64,000 bases of DNA from Gammaproteobacteria bacterium (GCA_041556555.1 JBFFIE010000001.1:64671-128670); one strand, 5' to 3'; shown: positions 48,693 through 59,150, counted from the first letter of the stretch. Numbers and translations: made by a program. The notes: generated from the sequence alone by a model not told the origin.

Positions 48693-49312
48693 TGTGGGTG
48701 CTTAAGCTGGGTGGTAGTTTGCTGGAGACCGGAGACTTACCGGAGACTCTGAAGCAATTGTCCGAACACGGGGCAGGACAAGTCGTGATAGTTCCCGGGG
48801 GTGGCGTATTCGCCGATCAGGTCAGGCTGCTTTATGAGGAGCTGAAACTGGATGACCTCACAGCGCATAGACTTGCCCTCAGAGCAATGGAAGAATTCGG
48901 GGATCTCCTGATTACCATGAACCCTTGCTTGCATGCTGCCGAGTCCCTTGAAGCAATCAACCACTGGCTTGATCAGAAACAGATCCCGGTCTGGTTTCCG
49001 TACAAAATGACATTTGATAATCCTGCGATCAAGGCCAGCTGGGACATTACCTCGGACAGTCTTTCCTTCTGGCTTGCCAGCCAGCTTGAATGTCAGAATC
49101 TGGTCTTGTTAAAGCCGGCAGAACCTCAGGAGAATAACTACAGCGCCGCGTATTTATCGAGTTCGGGATTCATCGACGAAGCATTCGGTGACATGTTGGT
49201 CGACACGTTTGTAAAACCCTGGTGGCTGTATTACAAGTATTTATCGTCTTTTCTTGACCTGCTGGAAAATAAAAATCCTGAATCAACTCACCTGAAGCCT
49301 ATTACCACTTAA
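48692..49312 (+). CDS. Amino-acid-kinase-fold protein (MfnE-like kinase candidate)
   Basis: MWVLKLGGSLL...VVIVPGGGVFAD is an Asp/Glu/uridylate kinase-type N-terminus. The ATG overlaps the pabB TGA (TGATG). Confidence 0.6.
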   Translation: MWVLKLGGSLLETGDLPETLKQLSEHGAGQVVIVPGGGVFADQVRLLYEELKLDDLTAHRLALRAMEEFGDLLITMNPCLHAAESLEAINHWLDQKQIPVWFPYKMTFDNPAIKASWDITSDSLSFWLASQLECQNLVLLKPAEPQENNYSAAYLSSSGFIDEAFGDMLVDTFVKPWWLYYKYLSSFLDLLENKNPESTHLKPITT

Positions 49313-49324
49313 TTTCTCAGAGTC

Positions 49325-50683
49325 TCACTGAAATTCATTTTCGAGTATGTGCTGATATTCGCGGATTCGTTGGACATAACGAACTGGTTCATTTCCCCTT
49401 GCGTAACCGTAACGCAGCTTTTTATATACCGATTTTCTTGAGAGCAGGGGCAATACCTCACGAATATCACTCCACATGTAAGGATTATTGCCCTGTTGTC
49501 GTGCCAGGGTTTGTGCATCATGAATATGACCACGGCCGATATTATATGCGGCCAGTGCAAGCCAGGTGAGATCAGGTTCATGCACGAGATTTTCATCAAA
49601 GCGTTTTTTCATCTTGGCCAAGTACTTTGCTCCACCCATGATACTCTGTTCCGGGTTCAGACGATCTTCAACGCCCATGGCATGCGCCGTATTAATGGTC
49701 AGCATCATGATGCCACGTACCCCGGTAGGGCTTTTGGCCCTGGGATTCCAATGTGATTCTTGGTAGGCCTGTGCAGCCAATAGTGTAAACGGAAGTTCGT
49801 ATTTTTCACTGGCATTTTCGAAATATTTCCTGTACTTGGGAAGGCGGTTGTCGATGCGTTTGAGAAATTTGCGTATATCGACATAATCAAAGGCCTCAAA
49901 GAAACCATAATATTTTTCCATTACCCGGGCATGATTGCCGCTCTTTTTATAGTTTGCCAGCCAGAGATCCATTTCTTTTTTCAGATCAGTTTGTGCCTCG
50001 TTCATTACCCATCCCAGTTGTTGTACTCTGGAAAGATTGAATGGCGCAATTAATTCAGGGTAATAACGGCGATTTATGTCGACCACATTTGAATCAGCAA
50101 CCGTGCAATCAATCTTTCGCTCCCATACGTCCTCCAGTAATTGCACAGTTGTCACATCGCTGGTTTCTTCCCAATGAAGTTCCGGATAATCTTTTTTTAA
50201 AGCAGTCAATAACTCGCTATAACTGCTTTTGGCAATTACCTTGATATCCAGTCCAACAAGTTCAGCAACGGATTCCGGTTGGACATTATCACGACGGCAA
50301 ACGACCTGTTGCGTGACGTCCTGGTATGGTTTACTGAATAAATATTTTTTCTGACGTTCCGGTGTAATCGTGATTGTTGCAGCGGCAAGATCGCCATTGC
50401 CCTTGTCCAGTTCTTCAAAAATATCTTTCAGTGAATCCTCAATTTCAAATTCAACTTCAACACCGAGATGTTTGGCAAAAGACGTCATCATGTCATATTC
50501 AGGGCCAGTGGGATTCCCTTCACGATCAATGTACCAGATGGTGGGTGCATTTTCAGACAGGACGATGAGCGTACCAGAATCTTTTATGTCCTTGAGTGAT
50601 CTTGTAGCAGTAGTTCCTGAATCACAGCCGCTGATTGTAAATAGTAAAATAAAAAATAATGCGGCAGTGAGCCGATCAACCAT
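49325..50683 (-). CDS. mltF: Membrane-bound lytic murein transglycosylase F
   Basis: 452-aa ORF with an N-terminal SBP_bac_3-like domain and a C-terminal SLT domain (AQAYQESHWNPRAKSPTGVRGIMMLT...AAYNIG). Confidence 0.9.
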   Translation of the reverse strand: MVDRLTAALFFILLFTISGCDSGTTATRSLKDIKDSGTLIVLSENAPTIWYIDREGNPTGPEYDMMTSFAKHLGVEVEFEIEDSLKDIFEELDKGNGDLAAATITITPERQKKYLFSKPYQDVTQQVVCRRDNVQPESVAELVGLDIKVIAKSSYSELLTALKKDYPELHWEETSDVTTVQLLEDVWERKIDCTVADSNVVDINRRYYPELIAPFNLSRVQQLGWVMNEAQTDLKKEMDLWLANYKKSGNHARVMEKYYGFFEAFDYVDIRKFLKRIDNRLPKYRKYFENASEKYELPFTLLAAQAYQESHWNPRAKSPTGVRGIMMLTINTAHAMGVEDRLNPEQSIMGGAKYLAKMKKRFDENLVHEPDLTWLALAAYNIGRGHIHDAQTLARQQGNNPYMWSDIREVLPLLSRKSVYKKLRYGYARGNEPVRYVQRIREYQHILENEFQ

Positions 50684-50834
50684 AGTCCCTCTCCGGTTGA
50701 GGTTCTGTGATTATTAAATGATGAGCGAACCTGATGCCAACTTACTTTAATACCACTCGGGTATCAAGCTTGCTGACAGGCTGGAGAAATGATAACGAAA
50801 ATGAAATAGCCGCAAGATGGGCTGGAATGCTGAA

Positions 50835-51053
50835 TTAGTACAGTTTTACCAGTACTTCTTCATTACTTACCAGTAAGCGTCTCACCATGCCAAACAGTTC
50901 CTCACCGAGTACACGAATGTCGTAAACCCGGTACCAGTCGCCTTCACGGACAATGCTGCCCTGTTCAATAAGCTCATATACGCGTGGCGTTGCAGATATG
51001 GGTGTTTTAGGGGCATGCCAACGGGATGATTTTGGTGAATTTTTACTGGTCAT
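50835..51053 (-). CDS. Hypothetical small protein
   Basis: 72-aa ORF downstream of nrdB and separated from it by a terminator-like hairpin. It has no Cys and no recognisable family. Coding status is uncertain. Confidence 0.3.
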   Translation of the reverse strand: MTSKNSPKSSRWHAPKTPISATPRVYELIEQGSIVREGDWYRVYDIRVLGEELFGMVRRLLVSNEEVLVKLY

Positions 51054-51120
51054 GGTTCCCCCGGTTCCATATCAACTATAATTTGAAAGAGGACTCCCAC
51101 ATCATGCGGGCAGCCCTCTG

Positions 51121-51167
51121 ACAGAATAAGAAGGCCTGGTATCCGGAAGAGGCTGGAGATACCAGGC
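51121..51167 (-). terminator. Likely rho-independent terminator of nrdAB
   Basis: GCCTGGTATC, a 14-nt loop, then GATACCAGGC (10-bp stem). On the minus strand it is followed by the T-rich CTTCTTATTCT. Confidence 0.5.
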
Positions 51168-51233
51168 AATAGTCGAGCATCCATCTCGACTTCCCGCTAC
51201 GGCGGTCACGGTAAGGCAAACTTTTTCAGCACC

Positions 51234-52496
51234 CTAGTCCCAGGTGAGAGTTCCACCTGTCTGATATTCCGTCACGCGCGTTTCAAAAAAGTTCTTCTCT
51301 TTTTTCAGGTCCATTAATTCACTCATCCACGGGAACGGATTGCTTGCCTTGGGATATTGTTCCGGCAGGCCAATCTGTGCACAGCGGCGGTTGGCAATGA
51401 ACTTGAGATAATCTTCAAACATCTTGGCATTCAGGCCGAGCACGCCACGCGGCATGGTGTCATAGGCATAGCGTATTTCCAGATCAACGGACTGCTTGAT
51501 CATCTTTATGATTTCCTGCTTAAAGTCTTCCGTCCACAGATGCGGATTCTCGATCTTGATCTGGTTGATGACATCAATACCGAAATTCATGTGCATGGAT
51601 TCATCACGCAGGATGTACTGGAACTGCTCGGCACAGCCGGTCATCTTGTTACGCCGACCCATGGACAGGACCTGTACAAACCCGACATAGAAAAAGATGC
51701 CCTCGAAGATCACATAGAAGGCAATCAGGTCGCGGAGCAGGCGTTGATCATCTTCAGTGGTGCCGGTATGGAAATTCGGATCCCCCAGGCTCTTGGTGTA
51801 TTTCATCGCCCAGGATGCCTTGTCATGGATCGAAGGGATTTCACGGTACATATTAAAGACCTCGGCCTCATCCAGCCCCAGGGATTCCACGCAGTACTGG
51901 TAGGCATGGGTATGCAGGGCTTCTTCAAAGGCCTGGCGTAGCAGGTACTGGCGACATTCCGGGTTGGTGATATGCCGGTATACGGCCAGCACCAGGTTAT
52001 TGGCCACCAGTGAATCGGCGGAGGCAAAGAAACCCAGATTGCGCTTGATGATGGTACGCTCATCTTCGGTCAGGCCCTGCGGATTTTTCCACAAGGCAAT
52101 GTCAGCGTTCATGTTGATTTCCTGGGGCATCCAGTGGTTGGCACAGCCATCAAGATACTTCTGCCAGGCCCACTTGTACTTGAATGGAACCAGCTGGTTC
52201 AGGTCGGCCTTGCAGTTGATCATCTGTTTGTCATCGACCGTAATGCGATCTGCACCAAACTCGATTTCCTCGAGTCCGGTCACGCCATGTTGTTCTTCAT
52301 GGGACTCCGGTTGCGGTACCGGCGAGTGCTCGTCGCTGGCTTTCAGGGAATACACATCAGCGGGTACCGTCGGTTCATCAGAAATATCCTCTTCCTCAGC
52401 GGGCTCATAAGCCGGTTGCACGCGTTTAACCATGGGTTTCCTGGTTTGAGTGTTTGCTGTTCTGACGGCAGCTAATGGATCATCCCAATTCAACAT
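51234..52496 (-). CDS. nrdB: Ribonucleoside-diphosphate reductase beta subunit (long Pseudomonas-type NrdB)
   Basis: 420-aa ORF with MLNWDDP... and an acidic extension. It then has the ferritin-like motifs [10 protein letters not shown] and [10 protein letters not shown] and a C-terminal ...[10 protein letters not shown]. Confidence 0.92.
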   Translation of the reverse strand: MLNWDDPLAAVRTANTQTRKPMVKRVQPAYEPAEEEDISDEPTVPADVYSLKASDEHSPVPQPESHEEQHGVTGLEEIEFGADRITVDDKQMINCKADLNQLVPFKYKWAWQKYLDGCANHWMPQEINMNADIALWKNPQGLTEDERTIIKRNLGFFASADSLVANNLVLAVYRHITNPECRQYLLRQAFEEALHTHAYQYCVESLGLDEAEVFNMYREIPSIHDKASWAMKYTKSLGDPNFHTGTTEDDQRLLRDLIAFYVIFEGIFFYVGFVQVLSMGRRNKMTGCAEQFQYILRDESMHMNFGIDVINQIKIENPHLWTEDFKQEIIKMIKQSVDLEIRYAYDTMPRGVLGLNAKMFEDYLKFIANRRCAQIGLPEQYPKASNPFPWMSELMDLKKEKNFFETRVTEYQTGGTLTWD

Positions 52497-52548
52497 TATT
52501 TAATTCCTCCGACGTTAACTTTTCGCGTTCAACTTTTTTGTTTATTCC

Positions 52549-55464
52549 TTACTGGCAGGCCTCACAATCCGGATCGTCGATAGAGCAGGCCTCGGGGGCG
52601 TTGTTATCCCTGTTAACCGCAGCCAGTTTGTTTTCCCGGCCACCGGACAAGGTGCTCTTCTCAACGTGGGTTGCACCCATGCTGCGCAGGTAATAGGTGG
52701 TCTTCAGACCCCTGATCCAGGCCAGCTTGTAGAGATTGTCGAGTTTCTTGCCATCCGGGTTGGACATGTACAGGTTCAGTGACTGTGCCTGGTCTATCCA
52801 TTTTTGCCGGCGTGCTGCCGCTTCAACCAGCCAGCGCGGATCGATCTCAAAGGCCGTGGCATACAACTGCTTGATATCGTCCGGGATGCGATCAATCGGC
52901 AAGACGCTGCCATCGAAGTACTTCAGATCATTGACCATCACTTCGTCCCACAGATCACGGCTCTTCAGGTCGTGAACCAGGCAGGGATTGATAACCGTAA
53001 ACTCACCGGACAGGTTCGATTTCACGAACAGGTTCTGGTAAGTCGGTTCGATCGACTGGCAGACGCCGCAAATATTGGAAATCGTTGCAGTAGGGGCGAT
53101 GGCCATGCAGTTGGAATTACGCATGCCGACAGTCCGGATGCGTTCACGCAGGCTGTCCCAGTCCAGGGTCTGGCTCATATCGGCCTGCAGATACTCCTGG
53201 CGATGTTCGGCCATGAGCTGCAGGGAATCGATAGGCAGTATGCCCTTGCTCCACAGGGAACCCGGGAAGCTGGCATAGGGGCCACGTTCCTCGGCCAGAT
53301 TGGTTGAGGCCTTGATGGCATAATAACTAATGGTTTCCATGCTGGTGTCGGCAAATTGCACGGCCTCATCCGAAGCATAAGGCAGCCGCAGCTTGTACAG
53401 GGCATCCTGGAAACCCATGATGCCCATGCCTACCGGACGGTGGCGCAGGTTGGAACGGCGTGCCTGCGGCACACTGTAGTAGTTGTAATCAATCACGTTG
53501 TCCAGCATGCGCATGGCCGTGTTGATCGTCTTTTCCAGTTTTTCCGTGTCCAGCGTCCCCGTGGCCTCGTCGATATGCTGGGCCAGGTTGACAGAACCCA
53601 GGTTGCAAACCGCGATTTCCTCGGTTGAGGTATTCAGGGTGATCTCGGTGCAGAGGTTCGACGAGTGCACCACGCCCGTGTGCTGTTGCGGGGAACGCAA
53701 GTTGCATGGGTCCTTGAAAGTGAACCAGGGATGGCCGGTCTCGAACAGCATGGACAGCATCTTGCGCCAGAGGTCCACAGCCTTGATGCGCTTGAAGTTG
53801 CGGATCTCACCACGGTCGGCCCTGGCTTCGTATTGCAGGTAGGCTTCTTCAAAATCCTTGCCGTAATGATCATGCAGATCCGGGACTTCGTCCGGGGAAA
53901 ACAGGGTCCAGGGACCTCCCTCAGCTACCCGCTTCATGAACAGGTCCGGGATCCAGTTGGCAGTATTCATGTCATGGGTGCGGCGGCGGTCGTCGCCGGT
54001 GTTCTTGCGCAGTTCCAGGAATTCTTCCACGTCTATGTGCCAGGTCTCCAGGTAGGCGCACATGGCGCCCTTGCGCTTGCCTCCCTGGTTAACGGCAACC
54101 GCGGTATCGTTGGCGACTTTCAGGAAGGGCACAACGCCCTGGGATTTGCCGTTGGTGCCCTTGATGTGTGCACCCATGCCCCTGACCGGGGTCCAGTCAT
54201 TGCCCAGGCCACCGGCAAATTTCGACAGCAGGGCGTCGTCCTTGATGGCACTGAAGATGCCATCCAGGTCATCCGGCACTGTGGACAGATAACAACTCGA
54301 CAACTGCGGGCGGCAGGTGCCGGAATTGAACAGCGTTGGCGTTGAGCTCATGAAATCAAAGGATGACAACAGTTCGTAGAACTCGATCGCCCGGTTTTCA
54401 CGATCCATCTCGTTAATAGCTAGGCCCATGGCGACACGCATGAAGAAAGCCTGTGGCAATTCGAGGCGGATCCCATCGCAGTGGATGAAGTAGCGGTCAT
54501 AGAGGGTTTGCAGACCCAGATACGTAAACTGGTTGTCGCGATCTGCTCGCAATGCTTTGCCCAGCCGTTTCAGATCGTACTTGCCCAGTTCCTCATCCAA
54601 CATGCCCAGGTCGGCGCCTTTCTGGATGTATCTGGCAAAGTATTCCGGGTAGAGGATCTCCATCTCCCGTTGCGTGGCCTCGGTAGGTTCATCATATAAG
54701 AAGCTCAGGGCCTCGCGCCGCAGGTTGTCCAGTAACAAACGGGCGGTGGCATAGGTGTAATTGGGTTCTTTTTCAATCAAGGTCCGGGCACTCATCACCA
54801 GCGCCGGATTGACATCCTTCTCGTTAACACCGTCAAACAGGTTGCGCAGGGTTTCCTCGATGATGAGCTGCCCGTCCACGCCTGCCAGGCCCTGGCAGGC
54901 CTCAATCACGATGGCCTTCAGGCGGATAACATTCAGCGGGGCCTTGCTGCCGTCAGCCAGGGTCACGCTGACCGGGGTGGCATCCGGCTGCTTGGGCACA
55001 ACCGGGGCCGTGGCGGCCATAGCCGCGGCCCGTTCCTTGGCCCGTTCTTCACGGTAAATGACGTAGGCACGGGCCACTTTCTGCTCACCGGCCCGCATCA
55101 ACGCCAGTTCGACCTGGTCCTGGATGTCCTCGATGTGGACAGTGCCACCGCCGGGCATACGCCGGGTCAGGGCGTATTCAACCTGATCGGCGAGCTCCGC
55201 GATCTTTTCATGGACACGCCGGGACGCTGCTGCGGCTCGACCCTCCACTTCAAGAAAGGCCTTGGTCATGGCCACGCTGATCTTGCTGCTGTCAAAACGG
55301 GTGACCTTGCCGTTTCTGCGGATCACCCGGTATTCACCGGGCTGATTGGCCTGCAGTTCCAGTGTCTCTTGTGATTTCTGGTCGGGTTGTAATCCTGCGT
55401 TGGTGTGTTTTTCTGTGCCTTTATTCGAGTCCTTGATGGATTCAACCAGTTTTTCAGCCTCCAT
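52549..55464 (-). CDS. nrdA: Ribonucleoside-diphosphate reductase alpha subunit (class Ia, extended N-terminal ATP-cone region)
   Basis: 971-aa ORF with ATP-cone motifs (VIRRNGKVTRFDSSKI; VHIEDIQDQVELAL). It also has the catalytic NLCTEI and a C-terminal CxxC tail (DDPDCEACQ). Confidence 0.95.
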   Translation of the reverse strand: MEAEKLVESIKDSNKGTEKHTNAGLQPDQKSQETLELQANQPGEYRVIRRNGKVTRFDSSKISVAMTKAFLEVEGRAAAASRRVHEKIAELADQVEYALTRRMPGGGTVHIEDIQDQVELALMRAGEQKVARAYVIYREERAKERAAAMAATAPVVPKQPDATPVSVTLADGSKAPLNVIRLKAIVIEACQGLAGVDGQLIIEETLRNLFDGVNEKDVNPALVMSARTLIEKEPNYTYATARLLLDNLRREALSFLYDEPTEATQREMEILYPEYFARYIQKGADLGMLDEELGKYDLKRLGKALRADRDNQFTYLGLQTLYDRYFIHCDGIRLELPQAFFMRVAMGLAINEMDRENRAIEFYELLSSFDFMSSTPTLFNSGTCRPQLSSCYLSTVPDDLDGIFSAIKDDALLSKFAGGLGNDWTPVRGMGAHIKGTNGKSQGVVPFLKVANDTAVAVNQGGKRKGAMCAYLETWHIDVEEFLELRKNTGDDRRRTHDMNTANWIPDLFMKRVAEGGPWTLFSPDEVPDLHDHYGKDFEEAYLQYEARADRGEIRNFKRIKAVDLWRKMLSMLFETGHPWFTFKDPCNLRSPQQHTGVVHSSNLCTEITLNTSTEEIAVCNLGSVNLAQHIDEATGTLDTEKLEKTINTAMRMLDNVIDYNYYSVPQARRSNLRHRPVGMGIMGFQDALYKLRLPYASDEAVQFADTSMETISYYAIKASTNLAEERGPYASFPGSLWSKGILPIDSLQLMAEHRQEYLQADMSQTLDWDSLRERIRTVGMRNSNCMAIAPTATISNICGVCQSIEPTYQNLFVKSNLSGEFTVINPCLVHDLKSRDLWDEVMVNDLKYFDGSVLPIDRIPDDIKQLYATAFEIDPRWLVEAAARRQKWIDQAQSLNLYMSNPDGKKLDNLYKLAWIRGLKTTYYLRSMGATHVEKSTLSGGRENKLAAVNRDNNAPEACSIDDPDCEACQ

Positions 55465-55575
55465 TAACCCCTCCGTACTGCGGTTTTATGACATTTTTGT
55501 TTAATTGTGTTCCAAGAAACTTCAAGAATTCTTGGAAAGGCATTGATATTTGTAGGTTAAGCGTGATCTATAGCA

Positions 55576-55623
55576 CCACAAGAAAATGTGGTCAAGCGCT
55601 TATTAAACCACAAGATGATGTGT
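55576..55623. promoter_or_regulatory. Tandem NrdR boxes upstream of nrdA
   Basis: CCACAAGAAAATGTGG (55576-55591) and CCACAAGATGATGTGT (55608-55623). Both fit the palindromic NrdR consensus acaCwAtATaTwGtgt, and their starts are 32 bp apart (about three helical turns). Confidence 0.7.
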
Positions 55624-55848
55624 ATTTCCCTGTGCTTAGGCATTGCAAAAGCTGTGGATAACTAGGCCTCAAAAGTGTTGCTTTGCACCAAAGGCAGGTA
55701 ACTCATACGCTTACAAAGGCGCGACAAAGAAGGACAGGTAATTTTGCAAAAGTGAATAGATCCGTTTGCACGGATCAGGGTGCAAAAAAATTGGGAATTA
55801 TGTGAAAAAGATCAAAAAAATTTTTGTAGGCCTGATTCATGAAATTGA

Positions 55849-56634
55849 TCAGTCATTACTTGTCACGCGGTTTAATGACCAGTCGTAGGGCAGAAACTGA
55901 ATCTCAGGATCCGCGTGCACCAGGTCCTCGATAGCAGCGGCGTTATCCAGGAAGAGATAAGGGGCAACAAAGGCCACAAGGCTGCCTGAGTGGGCAATAA
56001 AGTCTTTCTTGTACCATTTGAACAGCGACGAGAGTTCCAGGACATTATCACCACTCCGGTAGCGGTTCCGTTCCGGATCGGTTAGAAACCGGCGGGTAAC
56101 GGTTGCAAGCTGCTCATCGAGCCGTGCTCCCTGGTACGGTGTCTTGACCAGGGGCGGACAGCTTATCGCTGCGCACACCAGGGCAAAATGGATGCGGGGT
56201 TCAGGAAACGTATTCCGGATCAACTCATGCTCGATGTAATCGAGGTGCTGCATTTCACCGAACAGACTGAAGAAGCGGATTTTCCAGGGACTGCCAAAGA
56301 AACCGCCGATGTCCTTGATGGAGTCGATGTCCGGGTAATGGCGGGTCACCAGTTGCAGGGTGAAGAGGTTATAGGCATTGATGAGAAAGGCCAGTTGCTG
56401 TTCGCTGTTCCAGGTGGTGTAGGTGGACAAAGGAACGCGGCTGAATTCTGTGGTTAGCTTATCCAGACGATCGCTCTGGCGTTTCAGGGCGGCGTAATCC
56501 ACCCGGGTCTGCTGCCCCTTGGGAATGACCACCTCATCAAGCAGCAGGCCATAATCCCGGTAGGTGTGATCAAAGGCCTCTGCTGTTGCCACTGACAACA
56601 GGCTAATCAGGAAAATCGAGAGTTTAACCGCCAT
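55849..56634 (-). CDS. DUF547 domain protein (secreted)
   Basis: FLINAYNLFTLQLV...HFALVCAAISCPPL is the DUF547 signature. The ATG at 56634 gives the signal peptide MAVKLSIFLISLLSVATAEA. Confidence 0.7.
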   Translation of the reverse strand: MAVKLSIFLISLLSVATAEAFDHTYRDYGLLLDEVVIPKGQQTRVDYAALKRQSDRLDKLTTEFSRVPLSTYTTWNSEQQLAFLINAYNLFTLQLVTRHYPDIDSIKDIGGFFGSPWKIRFFSLFGEMQHLDYIEHELIRNTFPEPRIHFALVCAAISCPPLVKTPYQGARLDEQLATVTRRFLTDPERNRYRSGDNVLELSSLFKWYKKDFIAHSGSLVAFVAPYLFLDNAAAIEDLVHADPEIQFLPYDWSLNRVTSND

Positions 56635-56666
56635 AGCCCTTGGACTGCCGCGGTGAGTAAACGGTT

Positions 56667-56900
56667 TCAGATTTTTGAATGGCTGCCGTCGCAAAGGGGC
56701 TGGTTACCGGTCTGCTTGCAAACACAAAACCAGACCGTGCCTGACTCTGTGGGCGTGTATTTCAGGGGTGAAAGCGAGGTCTCTTTGTGTGAGCCGTCAC
56801 AGAAGGGCTGGGTCTTGCTCTTGCCGCAGGCGCACCACCAGTACTCCTTGCCCGCCTCGACGTCGATTGCAATCGGTTGTTTGTTGGTGAGCTCGGACAT
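56667..56900 (-). CDS. CDGSH-type iron-sulfur domain protein (two CDGSH motifs)
   Basis: 77-aa ORF with CACGKSKTQPFCDGSH and CVCKQTGNQPLCDGSH. Confidence 0.85.
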   Translation of the reverse strand: MSELTNKQPIAIDVEAGKEYWWCACGKSKTQPFCDGSHKETSLSPLKYTPTESGTVWFCVCKQTGNQPLCDGSHSKI

Positions 56901-57020
56901 GACCTATCTCCCTGAAAATATGAAGGAATACCCCACTATTCTAAAGCATGGCTAAAGTTTCTCAAATCTGCCGATCAGGGTATAGTGGAGGAAAGCAGAA
57001 TAAATCACTCGGAGACCTGT

Positions 57021-59150
57021 ATGTCAGCACAACTCAAACCCGGCCGCCAGGAATTCCATGGCGGTTGTCCCCACGATTGTCCCGATACCTGTTCCATGGT
57101 CTTCGAGGTCGAAGATGGCAAACTGGTCGGTGTTCGCGGTAACAAAGACCATCCCATGACCCGTGGTGGCTTGTGCGTAAAACTCAAGGATTACGAAAAA
57201 CGACACTACCATCCCGATCGCATCTTGCACCCGATGAAACGGGTCGGCCCAAAAGGCTCCAAACAATTCGAACAAATCACCTGGGATGAAGCACTGGACA
57301 CGATTACCACAAAATGGAAACAGATTATCGAAACCGATGGCCCGCAGGCTATCCTGCCGGTCAGTTACCTGGGTCACCAGGGACTGGTCCATGGTCTGAA
57401 CGGTGGTGACGCCTTCTTTAACCGTATGGGTGCAACAGTCTGCGAACGCACCTATTGCGGGGAAGGTTCCTGCACCGCCTGGCTGTTAACCATCGGTCCG
57501 ACCGCCGGTCTTGATCCCGAGAGTTACATCCATTCCAAGTACATTGTCATCTGGGCCTGCAACAGCATCAGCACCAACCTGCATCACTGGCACATCGTTA
57601 AGGATGCACAAAAGAAAGGCGCGAAAGTCGTGGTCATTGATGCCTACAAGTCCCGTACGGCAAAAGAGGCCGACTGGCACATTGCCCCCAAACCAGCGAC
57701 GGATGGAGCCCTGGCCATGGCTGTTATTAACAGCATCATCGAGCAGGGTCTGGTCGATAAGGAATATGTTAAAAATTACACCGTAGGTTATGAAGACCTG
57801 GCCGAACATTCGAAAAAGCATACACCGGAATGGGCCGAGGCCATCACCGGTATACCTGCAGATGATATTCGCAAGCTCGCGAGAGAACTTGCTACCGAGC
57901 AGCCGGCCGCGATCCGTATGGGTGTGGCGCTGGAACGTCACTATGGTGGTGGCCAGACCATCCGCGCCGTCACCTGCATCCCGGCCCTGACCGGCGCCTG
58001 GCGCCACGTGGGTGGCGGCGTCACCCAGTTCCCGGTGTGGGAACATCCGTATAAGTTTGATGTGATCTGTCGCCCGGACTGGATCCCGGAAGGCACACAG
58101 GTGGTCAGCATCCTGCAGCTGGGCCGGGCACTGACCGGCGAGCAAAAACTCAAGACACCGATCAAGTCGGTCATGACCTGGAATACCAACCCGGTAACGC
58201 AATCACCGGAAGCCGACAAGGTTGTGAAGGGGCTGGAACGCGAAGATATTTTCCATGTGGCCGCGGATCATTTTATTTCCGATACCGCCTCCTATGCCGA
58301 TATCGTGTTGCCGGCGGCCATGGGCGCAGAGATGGAAGACATCATCCTGTCCTGGGGACATCTTTACCTCACCTATAACGAGAAGTGTGTGGATGTCCCG
58401 GGCGAAGCCTTGTCCAACAACGAGATCTTCCGCCGACTCGCCGACAAGATGGGTTATGAAGAGGACCGTTTGAAATGGTCAGACACGGAATGCCTGGAAA
58501 ACTTCATCGACTGGGACTCCCCGGCCTGTGAAGGTGCCAGCATGGATTACATGCGCGAGCATGGTTTTTTCCGTTTGAATGTCGGTACCAAAGACGACCG
58601 TTGCCCACATAAGGAAGGAAACTTCCCGACCGAGACCGGCAAGTGTCATTTCCGGGTGGACGGTGCCAAGAACTTTGTTGCCCCGCCGTTCCGGCAAATG
58701 TACGAGGGCATGCAACCGGGGCAGGACATCGATCCGTTGCCGGATTACCTGCCGCCGTATGAACGGCCGGAGACCAACCCGGAACTGGCGAAGAAATACC
58801 CACTGAATATTGTGACGCCAAAGAGCCATGCCTTCCTCAATTCCTGTTACGCGAATATGGAAGGCAAGCAGAAAGAGCAGGGCGATCAATTCGTGCTGAT
58901 CAATCCTGCCGATGCCAAATCACGCAACGTTAAAGATGGTAGCAATGTCCGCGTCTTTAATGACCGTGGTGCATTCGAGTGTGTCGCGAAAGTCACTGAT
59001 GATGTGAACGAGGGTGTTTGTGTTGCCACGCTCGGCTACTGGCGCCAGCTCAACAAGGGCACGGTGAACATCACTAGCTCTGCAGAGTTTTGCGAAATGG
59101 GTAATGCACCGACCTTCTTCGATAATCTGGTGCAAGTCGAAACTGCTTAG
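57021..59150 (+). CDS. Cytoplasmic molybdopterin (MopB-superfamily) oxidoreductase, substrate unknown
   Basis: About 709 aa from the ATG at 57021 (GGAGA RBS). It has no Tat signal. The N-terminal motif is CPHDCPDTCS...GGLC (Fe-S), followed by a MopB core and a C-terminal dinucleotide-binding barrel (VLINPADAKSRNVKDGSNVRVFNDRG). Confidence 0.8.
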   Translation: MSAQLKPGRQEFHGGCPHDCPDTCSMVFEVEDGKLVGVRGNKDHPMTRGGLCVKLKDYEKRHYHPDRILHPMKRVGPKGSKQFEQITWDEALDTITTKWKQIIETDGPQAILPVSYLGHQGLVHGLNGGDAFFNRMGATVCERTYCGEGSCTAWLLTIGPTAGLDPESYIHSKYIVIWACNSISTNLHHWHIVKDAQKKGAKVVVIDAYKSRTAKEADWHIAPKPATDGALAMAVINSIIEQGLVDKEYVKNYTVGYEDLAEHSKKHTPEWAEAITGIPADDIRKLARELATEQPAAIRMGVALERHYGGGQTIRAVTCIPALTGAWRHVGGGVTQFPVWEHPYKFDVICRPDWIPEGTQVVSILQLGRALTGEQKLKTPIKSVMTWNTNPVTQSPEADKVVKGLEREDIFHVAADHFISDTASYADIVLPAAMGAEMEDIILSWGHLYLTYNEKCVDVPGEALSNNEIFRRLADKMGYEEDRLKWSDTECLENFIDWDSPACEGASMDYMREHGFFRLNVGTKDDRCPHKEGNFPTETGKCHFRVDGAKNFVAPPFRQMYEGMQPGQDIDPLPDYLPPYERPETNPELAKKYPLNIVTPKSHAFLNSCYANMEGKQKEQGDQFVLINPADAKSRNVKDGSNVRVFNDRGAFECVAKVTDDVNEGVCVATLGYWRQLNKGTVNITSSAEFCEMGNAPTFFDNLVQVETA

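Noticed and set aside
50835-51053. The 72-aa ORF after nrdB as a YfaE-like 2Fe-2S ferredoxin
   Set aside because: It contains no cysteines, and a terminator-like hairpin separates it from nrdB. I kept it only as a low-confidence hypothetical.
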